The notes under the pieces: generated by a model
What the model saw: only the letters and a program-made list of their open reading frames with translations
Told to the model about the DNA's origin: nothing
Databases searched by the model: none
Made by a program: the position numbers and the translations under genes
Part shown: in pieces, positions 19,901-27,112 of the stretch
How positions within the stretch are numbered: the stretch's first letter is position 1
Layout: every line of letters begins with the position of its first letter
NCBI GenBank assembly: GCA_002269645.1
Contig: NIVC01000724.1
Coordinates: forward strand, 33,433-60,544
Reading direction: 5' to 3'
From: Macrostomum lignano
Taxonomy: Eukaryota
DNA length: 27,112 nucleotides

Positions 19901-22900
19901 CTTCTGGAAGAACCCTGCCGCGCTGCTGAGGCCGAACGGGACGCGGCAGAACTGGTACAGGCCTTCGTCCGTGATAAAAGCTGTTAGGTATCGACTGTCG
20001 TGGTGAAGTTCGAACTGGAGGTACCCTGTCTTCATGTCCAGCTTCGAGAAGACTTGTGATCCACGGAACTCGGCCGCCAACTCATCGATAGTCGGCGTCG
20101 GGTAGGCGTCCGCGACGATCGCCTTGTTGACGTCTCGTAGGTCGATGCAGAGTCGGATTCTACCGTCGCTCTTGGGGGCGATGACCATGTTGCTCACCCA
20201 GGCACTGGCGCTGATCTTCTCGATGATTTTCTCCGCCTCCATTCGGTCAAGTTCCGCTTTTACCGCCTCCTTCATGGCGAGCGGGATCTTGCGGCGAGCC
20301 TGGATCACCGGGTGGGCATCCAGTTTCAACTTCGGTCGGTGCACGATGCCCTTGGCTCGCCTGATTGGCCCGAAGAGGTCCTTGAAGCTGTCCTGGGGTT
20401 TTGAGCCCTCGTCACCGAGATGGTTGATTTGAAGCGACACGCCAAACTTCGGGAAGTCGGAGCGCCCAAGAAGGCTTGAACTGCCCTCTGCGACTTGAAA
20501 ACAGACTGAGGCCGTCTTGTCCTTGAACGTGATCGGGAGCGTCGCTGTCCCGTAGGTCCTGATGTGCGAGCCGCCGTAGGCCACGAGTCGTGCTGGAGGT
20601 CCGCTTCCCTTGGTTGCGTGTCGTCGAACTCTCTGGAAGTCGGACCTGCTGATCACCGACACGGAGGCACCGCTGTCCAGCGTCAGCGTCAGCAGCTCGT
20701 CGCGGACCGCGCATTCGATGTTGTGGACGGCAGTCGGATCCTGGTTCGCGACTTGCAGGATGGTGCTCACCTCCTCGCCGACTGTTGCCACCGTCTTGCT
20801 TCGGCATACAGCGGCAAAGTGGTTTGGCTTATTGCAGTTGTTGCACTTTTTTCCCATTGCTGGGCACTTGTGCGCCTTGCTGTAGTCGCCGCCGCATCGC
20901 CTGCACTTCTCGCTGTCCTTGCGCGTTTTGGGCTTGGCTCTGACTTTCTGCTTTGAGATGGCGTGCACTGTCTTTTGAGACGTCCCTGATGTGCCGTTGA
21001 GGACCTTGGCTTCGTTGATGGCTGTCTCGATTTGGTTGGCGAGCTGCAGGGACTTCTCCAGTGTCAGGTCGTCTGGTTCCATCAGCAGCCTTTCACGGAT
21101 ACGTGGCATGCACGTTTTCTCGATAAGCTGATCGCGGACCATTTCCTTCGTCAGGTCCTTGAACGCGCAATCGGCCGCGAGCTGCTGCAGATCTCTGACG
21201 AACTGCTGCACCGGCTCCCCTGGTCGCTGCTCCCTGCACCGAAACCTGTAGCGAGCTCCGATGACGCTCTTGTTCGGCACGAAAATTTTGTCCAGTTCTT
21301 CGAGCAGCTTCTTCATGTCGTTCGCCTCCACGCTTTCCGCCTGCCGTTGGCCTTCCGGCCCGAGGCAGTGTCGAAGGACGGCCATTTGTCTCGCCTCCGA
21401 CGTTTTGTCTAGTTCCGTTGCTGTTGAATAGATCGCGAACTGACTTTTCCACCTTGGCCACGGGCAGCTTGGCTCGCCCGGGCTAGCCAGGTACGGCGTT
21501 GGTGGGTTGAGACTGAAGTCTGCCATCCTCGTCGCCAATGTTGTGTATTGAACGCGTGGGTTTTTTTGCGAGCGAGAGTTGAGAAAAAAGAATTGTGGAG
21601 TCTCGACTGACTCCGCCGCTTTATATTTGTTAGTAAATGAAGCGTGCACGTTGGGTGTATACACCTGGCAGATTGGCTATATGTTACGCAATGATTTGAG
21701 TTGAATACAATTCTGTTGAAACATAAATACGGTACGACTGAAGTACTCAATACTTGTACTTAGTACTCACGCCACAACAGTGACCTTGACTAGATTAGGA
21801 GAATCCTGTCTGTGTGACCTTGACTAGATTAGGGGAATCCTGACTCTTGACCTCGACTAGATTAGGGGAATCCTGACTCTTGACCTTGACTATATTAGGG
21901 GAATCCTGACTCTTGACCTTGACTAGATTAGGGGAATCCTGACTCCCTTGACTAGATTGGAATCCTGTCTGTGTGACCTTAACTAGATTAGGGGAATCCT
22001 GTCTGTGTGACCTTGACTAGATTAGGGGAATCCTGTCTGTGTGACCTTGACTAGATCAGGGGAATCCTGTCTGTGTGACCTTGACTAGATTAGGGGAATC
22101 CTGTCTGTGACCTTGACTAGATCAGGGGAATCCTTCACTTCACGACTTTCAACTCGCCACCCCACCGGCTGTCTCCTTGCAGTCCGAGCTGCTCCCATCG
22201 CCGCTGCTGCGAGACTTCAGCTCCGAGCTGCTGACTCAGCTGACTGGCCATCTCAGCCTGGAAGAGTCCCCGGATGCGACGCCGCGACCTTCAACTCTGC
22301 GCCGCGAACAGCTGGTTGTGCTGTCGCACGACTATTTGGAGGCCTACAACCCGGCCAAGGACAAGTGGTGCCGCATCGCCTTCCCGGCTGGCGGCTTCCG
22401 CCCGACGGCGCGCGATTCCGCCGTCTGCGTACTCGAGAATGAAATCTGGCTGACTGGCGGCGTGGACTCCCAGGGCCGCGCCTTGCCAGATGTTGTCCGC
22501 TACAGTCCGCTGACCAACGCCTGGTCCGAGGGGCCGCCCCTGCTGTCCGCCCGTAGCCGGCACACCTGCGTTTGCGTGCGGGGCAGCCTGCTGGTGATGG
22601 GCGGCGTCGGGCTGGACGGCCGAATGTGCACCGGGGCCGAGGTGCTGCGGCTCCGGGCTGGGGGTGAGTGGCCTCTGGGGGGGGGGGAGGCAGACAAGCA
22701 GAGACAAACATTAAGATAGACAGACAGGCATCCACTATGACAGACACTAGGACAGGCATTAAGGCAGGCAGACACTAAAAGAAGCACTGCTTAAGGCAGA
22801 CACTAAAGAGATATACGGATAGATTAATCCATCAAATGGACAGACGATTAAGCAGGCAGACATCTGTGTGTGACATCACTAAGACGGACAGACAGACAGA

Positions 22901-25589
22901 CAGACAAACATCACTAAGACAGACAGACAAACAGACAGACATCCATCACTAGGACAGACAGACAGACATCACTAAGACAGGCAGACAGACAGACAGACAG
23001 ACATCACTAAGACAGACACACAGACAGACAGACACACAGACAAACAGACATCACTAAGACAGACAGCCGCTACGACATCCAGACAGACACGGGGAGCTGG
23101 GGAGCCAATCCCGATATTCTACTGAGTTGTGCCCCCAGAAAATCTTTAGTTTCTGCAGACATCTGCTGCCAGTTGCCATGATTTTAATCCGTAACTTTTC
23201 AATCCGCTTAGCGTTTGGCCTTGAAGCAGTTTTTGTATTGAATTGTAAATTTATTTATAAGTATTGAAAAACCTTTGCAATTTTTTCAGTCTTCACTACA
23301 TTCTTAATCGTTTGATTGGAGCTCTCGCAGCTTGGCTGAGGTCGCGAACTTCTCAAAAATATCTCTATTCTTGTCTGAATCTCTATCTCCTCCTCAGTGT
23401 CTACCTCTCGCTCCCACTCTCTACCTCTCTCCCACTCTCTACCTCTCTCTCCCACTCTCTACCTCTCTCTCCCACTCTCTACCTCTCTCTCTAACTCTCT
23501 CCCACTCTCTACCTCTCTCTCCCACTCTCTACCTCTCTCTCCCACTCTCTACCTCTCTCCCACTCTCTACCTCTCTCTCCCACTCTCTACCTCTCTCTCC
23601 CACTCTCTACCTCTCTCTCCCACTCTCTAACTCTCTCCCACTCTCTACCTCTCTCCCACTCTCTACCTCTCTCTCCCACTCTCTACCTCTCTCCCACTCT
23701 CTACCTCTCTCTCCCACTCTCTACCTCTCTCTCCCACTCTCTACCTCTCTCCCACTCTCTACCTCTCTCTACCTCTCTCTCCCACTCTCTACCTCTCTCT
23801 CCCACTCTCTACCTCTCTCTCCCACTCTCTACTCTCTCCCACTCTCTACCTCTCTCTCCCACTCTCTAACTCTCTCCCACTCTCTACCTCTCTCCCACTC
23901 TCTACCTCTCTCTCCCACTCTCTACCTCTCTCTCCCACTCTCTACCTCTCTCTCCCACTCTCTACCTCTCTCTCCACTCTCTAACTCTCTCCCACTCTCT
24001 ACCTCTCTCTCCCACTCTCTAACTCTCTCCCACTCTCTACCTCTCTACCTCTCTCTACCTCTCTCTCCCACTCTCTACCTCTCTCTCCCACTCTCTACCT
24101 CTCTCTCCCACTCTCTACCTCTCTCCCACTCTCTACCTCTCTCCCACTCTCTACCTCTCTCTCCCACTCTCTAACTCTCTCCCACTCTCTACCTCTCTCT
24201 CCCACTCTCTAACTCTCTCCCACTCTCTACCTCTCTCCCACTCTCTACCTCTCTCTCCCACTCTCTAACTCTCTCCCACTCTCTACCTCTCTCTCCCACT
24301 CTCTACCTCTCCAACTCAGTCTCTGCCTCTCTCTCCCACTCTCTAACTCTCTCCCACTCTCTAACTCTCTCCCACTCTCTAACTCTCTCCCACTCTCTAC
24401 CTCTCTCCCACTCTCTACCTCTCCAACTCAGTCTCTGCCTCTCTCTCCCACTCTCTACCTCTCTCTCCCACTCTCTAACTCTCTCCCACTCTCTACCTCT
24501 CTCTCCCACTCTCTACCTCTCCAACTCAGTCTCTGCCTCTCTCTCCCACTCTCTAACTCTCTCCCACTCTCTACCTCTCTACCTCTCTCTACCTCTCTCT
24601 CCCACTCTCTACCTCTCTCTCCCACTCTCTACCTCTCTCTCCCACTCTCTACCTCTCTCTCCCACTCTCTACCTCTCTCTCCCACTCTCTAACTCTCTCC
24701 CACTCTCTACCTCTCTCTCCCACTCTCTACCTCTCCAACTCAGTCTCTGCCTCTCTCTCCCACTCTCTAACTCTCTCCCACTCTCTAACTCTCTCCCACT
24801 CTCTAACTCTCTCCCACTCTCTACCTCTCTCCCACTCTCTACCTCTCCAACTCAGTCTCTGCCTCTCTCTCCCACTCTCTACCTCTCTCTCCACTCTCTA
24901 TCTCTCCAACTCAGTCTCTACCTCTCCCTCCCCCACTCTCTACCTCTAACTTTCAGTCTCTACCTCCAACTCCCAGTCTAACCTCTCTCTTTCTCCCTCT
25001 CAGCCTCTACTTCTCACCCCCATTCACCGCAGGCCAGGCGGTGTGGGAGCCGGCCGGCCAGCTTCCAGAGCACGCCTGCCGCAAAGAAGCCTCGGCCACT
25101 GCGCTCTCCTCCTCCTGCCTAATAGAAGTCGGCGGCGTGAAAGTAATGAACGGCAATACGCTGATCATGAACACCCTAGACCAGCACCTGGTCAATGACA
25201 AAGGAGTTGAGTACACTGGCGAGTACTATGTACTGCCGGAGAAACTTCGGTGCGCCCTGCTAGCGGTGATTGACAATCTGGTATTGATTCTGTCCAGTCA
25301 GACTGGCAAGTTCTGGTGTCTGGAGCCGATGCGCAAGTCTGTCAGATCGCTGCCAGCACTGAGGCCGGAGCCAACTCAGCCACTGCTGTGCGCCACTGTC
25401 TGCGACCGACGGCTATATTGCGTTGATCGGGGGCATCCGCACTCCATTGCCGTGTTCGACCCGAGTCCAGCTGCTGGTCAACTGTGCGGCCGCCTAAATT
25501 GTCTACGGAGATTTTGCATTGCGTCACTCTGCAGCTGTGAGGATAAAACTCTTTCTCTGTGTTTCTTTGGGCTGTTTCTTGTATCGTAG
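16136..25589 (+). CDS. BTB-BACK-Kelch (KLHL-like) protein gene, 3 exons: ~16136-16942, 22183-22663, 25033-~25589
   Basis: BTB: FTDVALEADTCTLHAHRALLAAASPYFRAMFSS. BACK: SDDLFVRSEDEVARAVLRW. Kelch: IWLTGGVDS...YSPLTNAW...LLVMGGVG. Junctions CAG|gtctgt..ttgcag|TCC (phase 0) and GGG G|gtgagt..ccgcag|GC (phase 1). Start codon and 3' end are uncertain. Confidence 0.9.
17025..17334. repeat. 34-bp minisatellite, left part (GTGTGACCTTGRCTAGATTAGKGGAATCCTGTCT, about 9 copies)
   Basis: TTAGTGGAAT at 17041 and 17075 give a period of 34. The array is truncated by the LTR at 17335. Confidence 0.95.
17335..17575 (-). repeat. 3' LTR (241 bp)
   Basis: TGTTGTGTATTGAACG...ACTCACGCCACAACA, adjacent to the PPT and identical by eye to 21539-21779. 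Confidence 0.97.
17576..17583 (-). other. Polypurine tract (PPT)
   Basis: Minus-strand GGGGAGGA abuts the 3' LTR. Confidence 0.85.
17636..21526 (-). CDS. Gag-Pol polyprotein (1296 aa): Gag with two CCHC knuckles, aspartic protease, RT, RNase H, integrase
   Basis: Starts MADFSLNPPTPY. Motifs: CRRCGGDYSKAHKC and CNNCNKPNHFAAVC; LDSGASVS; RLCIDLRDVN, KLDMKTGY, AVDDILV; CDASAHGIGAVL, YTDH; HEGH..CTAC, LDICG, TDNGPQF, VERFNRTL, LAGPF. The ORF-track start at 21664 lies within the LTR and is not the likely start. Confidence 0.96.
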   Translation of the reverse strand: MADFSLNPPTPYLASPGEPSCPWPRWKSQFAIYSTATELDKTSEARQMAVLRHCLGPEGQRQAESVEANDMKKLLEELDKIFVPNKSVIGARYRFRCREQRPGEPVQQFVRDLQQLAADCAFKDLTKEMVRDQLIEKTCMPRIRERLLMEPDDLTLEKSLQLANQIETAINEAKVLNGTSGTSQKTVHAISKQKVRAKPKTRKDSEKCRRCGGDYSKAHKCPAMGKKCNNCNKPNHFAAVCRSKTVATVGEEVSTILQVANQDPTAVHNIECAVRDELLTLTLDSGASVSVISRSDFQRVRRHATKGSGPPARLVAYGGSHIRTYGTATLPITFKDKTASVCFQVAEGSSSLLGRSDFPKFGVSLQINHLGDEGSKPQDSFKDLFGPIRRAKGIVHRPKLKLDAHPVIQARRKIPLAMKEAVKAELDRMEAEKIIEKISASAWVSNMVIAPKSDGRIRLCIDLRDVNKAIVADAYPTPTIDELAAEFRGSQVFSKLDMKTGYLQFELHHDSRYLTAFITDEGLYQFCRVPFGLSSAAGFFQKAMARILQGLPGTVNAVDDILVRGKTKKEHDDNLSRTLERLRENNIVLNDKCVFAQPAVDFHGFRISGNGIQAIDSYVKAIKETPQPSNTKEAAAFLGATNFYSRFVHAYSETTEPIRRLLRKDEPWSWGPEQDGAFQKIKRQLTMAPVLKAFDPKSETIIRCDASAHGIGAVLAQIQLGEEHPIAYSSRSLTSPERNYSVGEKEALAVVWAVEKWHLFTYGRPVTVYTDHSTLSTLLTAGSQGVRPLRILRWTERLRAYPLVTIRYVRGRDNTIADLLSRQQPNVQEDPQSNTDDQEIGRILMAQLAPADNLDEVRQETASDEVLQAVSRFIKEGWPASKQLAPELQAYYRAKDELYLFGDGCVARGQATVIPATLQNRVLNMAHEGHHGIVRTKQRCRSAAWWPGIDKDIESAVKDCTACALAGKASRPSVPPMTITSTPAGAWEELQLDICGEFRVAPRHQRFAIVLIDQFSRWPEVALVESVTTKVVVDFLEVIWSRWGIPKNITTDNGPQFGREFDEYLASLAIEHKRTAVYCPEQNGNVERFNRTLGEGVTAHLVAGWSFCKAVRAVVAAYRATPTHVTGSSPHELMTGRPMRTPLLALQPDSEAKRTMSAHDRIATAKQRAKSDTDRRRHASAARTAVIQDGSWVHISKPVAPGKLEPKLAGPFRVRKRFKTTVLLENGKRWHLRRCVPAGPGKGSDDDGDAQLDEGGGGPEVDPPGPPDDLAGDPPAPPPVLRRSERERRPPMRYPN
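21523..21537 (-). other. Primer-binding site complementary to the 3' end of tRNA-Ser(GCU)
   Basis: TGGCGACGAGGATGG begins 1 nt after the 5' LTR. It is the complement of the ...CCAUCCUCGUCGCCA end of animal tRNA-Ser(GCU), recalled rather than searched. Confidence 0.85.
21539..21779 (-). repeat. 5' LTR (241 bp)
   Basis: Same sequence as 17335-17575, followed on the minus strand by the PBS. Confidence 0.97.
21620..21625 (-). promoter_or_regulatory. TATA-like box in the 5' LTR
   Basis: Minus-strand AATATAAAGCGG; the same motif is at 17416-17421 in the 3' LTR. Motif match only. Confidence 0.4.
21780..22134. repeat. 34-bp minisatellite, right part (about 11 copies including TGACTCTTGA variants)
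   Basis: Resumes in register after the TSD (GTGACCTTGACTAGATTAGG...). Confidence 0.95.
22183..22663 (+). CDS. KLHL-like exon 2 (BACK end, Kelch repeats)
   Basis: ccttgcag|SELLPSPLLRD...YNPAKDKW...IWLTGG...LLVMGG...RAG G|gtgagt; 481 bp. Confidence 0.9.
22690..23090. repeat. (GACA)n-rich microsatellite punctuated by CATCACTAAG
   Basis: GACA runs with recurring CATCACTAAG at about 22875, 22910, 22968, 23003 and 23050. Confidence 0.85.
23398..24965. repeat. About 1.6-kb CT-rich minisatellite (CTCTCT(CT)CCCACTCTCTAC, 18-20-bp units)
   Basis: Continuous pyrimidine-rich array in KLHL intron 2, ending about 70 nt before the exon 3 acceptor. Confidence 0.97.
25033..25589 (+). CDS. KLHL-like exon 3 (degenerate Kelch blades)
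   Basis: caccgcag|(G)QAVWEPAGQLP...LIEVGG...RLYCVDRGHPHSIAVFDP. It ends at TAG 25587-25589 or at a possible donor GTGAGG near 25537. Confidence 0.7.
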
Positions 25590-25602
25590 ATTAGCGTGCG
25601 CG

Positions 25603-26172
25603 CATTCACTCAAGATTCACACGAATCATACATTCACTCAAATCAGCGATTCACACGAATCACATTCACTTGTTAGTGATTCACACGAATCACTCATTCA
25701 CTCAATTTAGTGATTCACTCAAATCACTCATTCACTCAAGTTAGTGATTCGCGCGAATGACTCATTCACTCAAGTTAATGATTCACGTGAATGACCCATT
25801 CATTCAAGTTATTGATTCACACGAATCACTCATTCACTCAAGTTAGTGATTCATGCAAATCACTCATTCACTCAAGTTAATGATTCACGCGAATGACCCA
25901 TTCATTCAAGTTATTGATTCACACGAATCACTCATTCACTCAAGTTAGTGATTCGCGCGAATCACCCATTCATTCAAGTTATTGATTCACACGACTCAAG
26001 TTAGTGATTCGCGCGAATCACTCATTCACTCAAGTTAGTGATTCACGCCAATGACCCATTCATTCAAGTTAGTGATTCACAGTAATCACTCATTCACTCA
26101 AGTTAGTGATTGGCACGGATCATCCATTCACTCAAATCAGCGATTCACACGAATCACCCATTCACTCAAGTG
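25603..26172. repeat. 34-bp minisatellite with an internal palindrome (GATTCACACGAATCACTCATTCACTCAAGTTAGT, about 16 copies)
   Basis: CATTCACTCAAGTTA recurs about every 34 bp. Perfect palindromes at 25948-25965 and 26003-26022. Confidence 0.93.
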
Positions 26173-27112
26173 AGTCACAGGGATCATTCTCTTAACGACT
26201 CAAAACCCCTCCTGTTTTTCATGATTGAAATTCAAACTTCTCATTGAAGACTTGGCCACTTAAGAGTTCATGTCACGATACAAGTAATACAATGGTTTTT
26301 TATGCAACTGCAGTTTAACAAATCCGTGTTTCCTTACTTTTTCGATTCGGTTTCAATAATGCACAATGAATGAATGTTGAATGTAGACTGTGTTTAGTCA
26401 TCTACTAGTTTGTGTGTTTATTTCTAGTATATATGAGGCACATATGTGTCTTGTGATTTGATCAAGTGTTGTAAATCGTATTAATATTATTATTATTATT
26501 ATTATGTAATATGTATAAGAGCAATTTGTTTCAGTTAGGATAATTTCCCAACTTGTATTCTCTCAACAGGAAGCATTCTTTCTTAGAAAGTAGTGCCACT
26601 TGTCCCTTTCTCAGAAAGGTTTTCGCCACTTTGAGTGCGTGTCTGTGTTTGCTATCTGCTTTTAGTCATTCCGGAAACTGGGACAAAGGGAGTTTCAGAA
26701 TTTTTTCAATTGCTTTTCAACATATTAATTAAGGACTGTTTTGTAGTATTTTTTCTGATCTGTACTATTGATAGCTAATTTTGCTTTGTTTATTATGTAT
26801 AAATTTATGTTTTTGAATATTTGACAGCATTAATTTTCTGCATGTATTCCGTATTGCTTGTGTTGTGATTTAGATTTAGAAATATCGAAGTTCCTGATTT
26901 TGTAAGTAAATTTATAATATTTTAAAAGCACTTACAATTAGCATCGAGTACGTTCTGTAAACTAAATAAACCTCCTATACTTTTTGTTCAACGTTTTGCC
27001 CGCTTCTTGCTTTCAGTGCATAATATCGCGCATAACTGAACTCGTTAAATTGCTGTGTTGGGTCTTCGCCTACTCATTTTGCGGTGGTTTACTTGTTATG
27101 ATTTCAATTCAG

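Larger units (their letters stand above)
17335..21779 (-). mobile_element. Full-length Ty3/Gypsy LTR retrotransposon, Mag-like clade (4445 bp), antisense in KLHL intron 1
   Basis: Two 241-bp LTRs (TGTTGTG...CACAACA), TSD GTGAC (17330-17334 and 21780-21784), PBS, PPT, and a single gag-pol ORF in PR-RT-RH-IN order. Paired CCHC knuckles, short LTRs and a C-terminal RRSxRxRxPPxRY motif fit the Mag clade. Confidence 0.97.

Noticed and set aside
17653-21750. Many overlapping ORFs on both strands within the retrotransposon, including a possible env or antisense ORF (18515-19324)
   Set aside because: They are shadows of a GC-rich coding strand with no motifs. Only about 50 nt separate the pol stop from the PPT, leaving no room for env.
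23255-24509. Ser/Leu/Pro-rich 280-aa ORF and ERGREW ORFs
   Set aside because: These are translations of the CT minisatellite inside an intron.
709-26172. CRISPR-like arrays (160-bp, 25-bp and palindromic 34-bp repeats)
   Set aside because: Units are head-to-tail with no unique spacers, there are no cas genes, and the context is eukaryotic.

Overview
Eukaryotic (animal) genomic DNA with two intron-containing genes arranged head-to-head, heavily interspersed with tandem repeats. There are no prokaryotic features. Minus strand, 5589-11944: a 13-exon ionotropic glutamate receptor-like gene with signal peptide, N-terminal domain, S1, M1-M3, S2 and M4 (about 845 codons). Splice phases are consistent from 10988 to the stop, but two junctions or exons at the 5' end are each one base short. 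Plus strand, about 16136-25589: a BTB-BACK-Kelch (KLHL-like) gene in 3 exons whose open frame has no usable ATG. Its first intron holds a complete, apparently very young 4445-bp Ty3/Gypsy (Mag-like) LTR retrotransposon in antisense (17335-21779). The element has 241-bp LTRs identical by eye, a 5-bp TSD GTGAC, a tRNA-Ser(GCU) PBS, a PPT and an intact 1296-aa gag-pol ORF, and it splits a 34-bp minisatellite. Bases 709-4661 are a 160/161-bp satellite with an alternating A/B dimer and one four-tract G4 motif per unit. Also present are a tRNA-derived SINE in a receptor intron and several minisatellites and microsatellites. Most short ORFs in the track are artefacts of repeats or antisense frames. 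Short weak-pyrimidine introns, GC-rich exons and abundant 150-160-bp satellites suggest a flatworm such as Macrostomum, but this is a low-confidence inference. All coordinates and alignments were worked out by eye, with no database searches.
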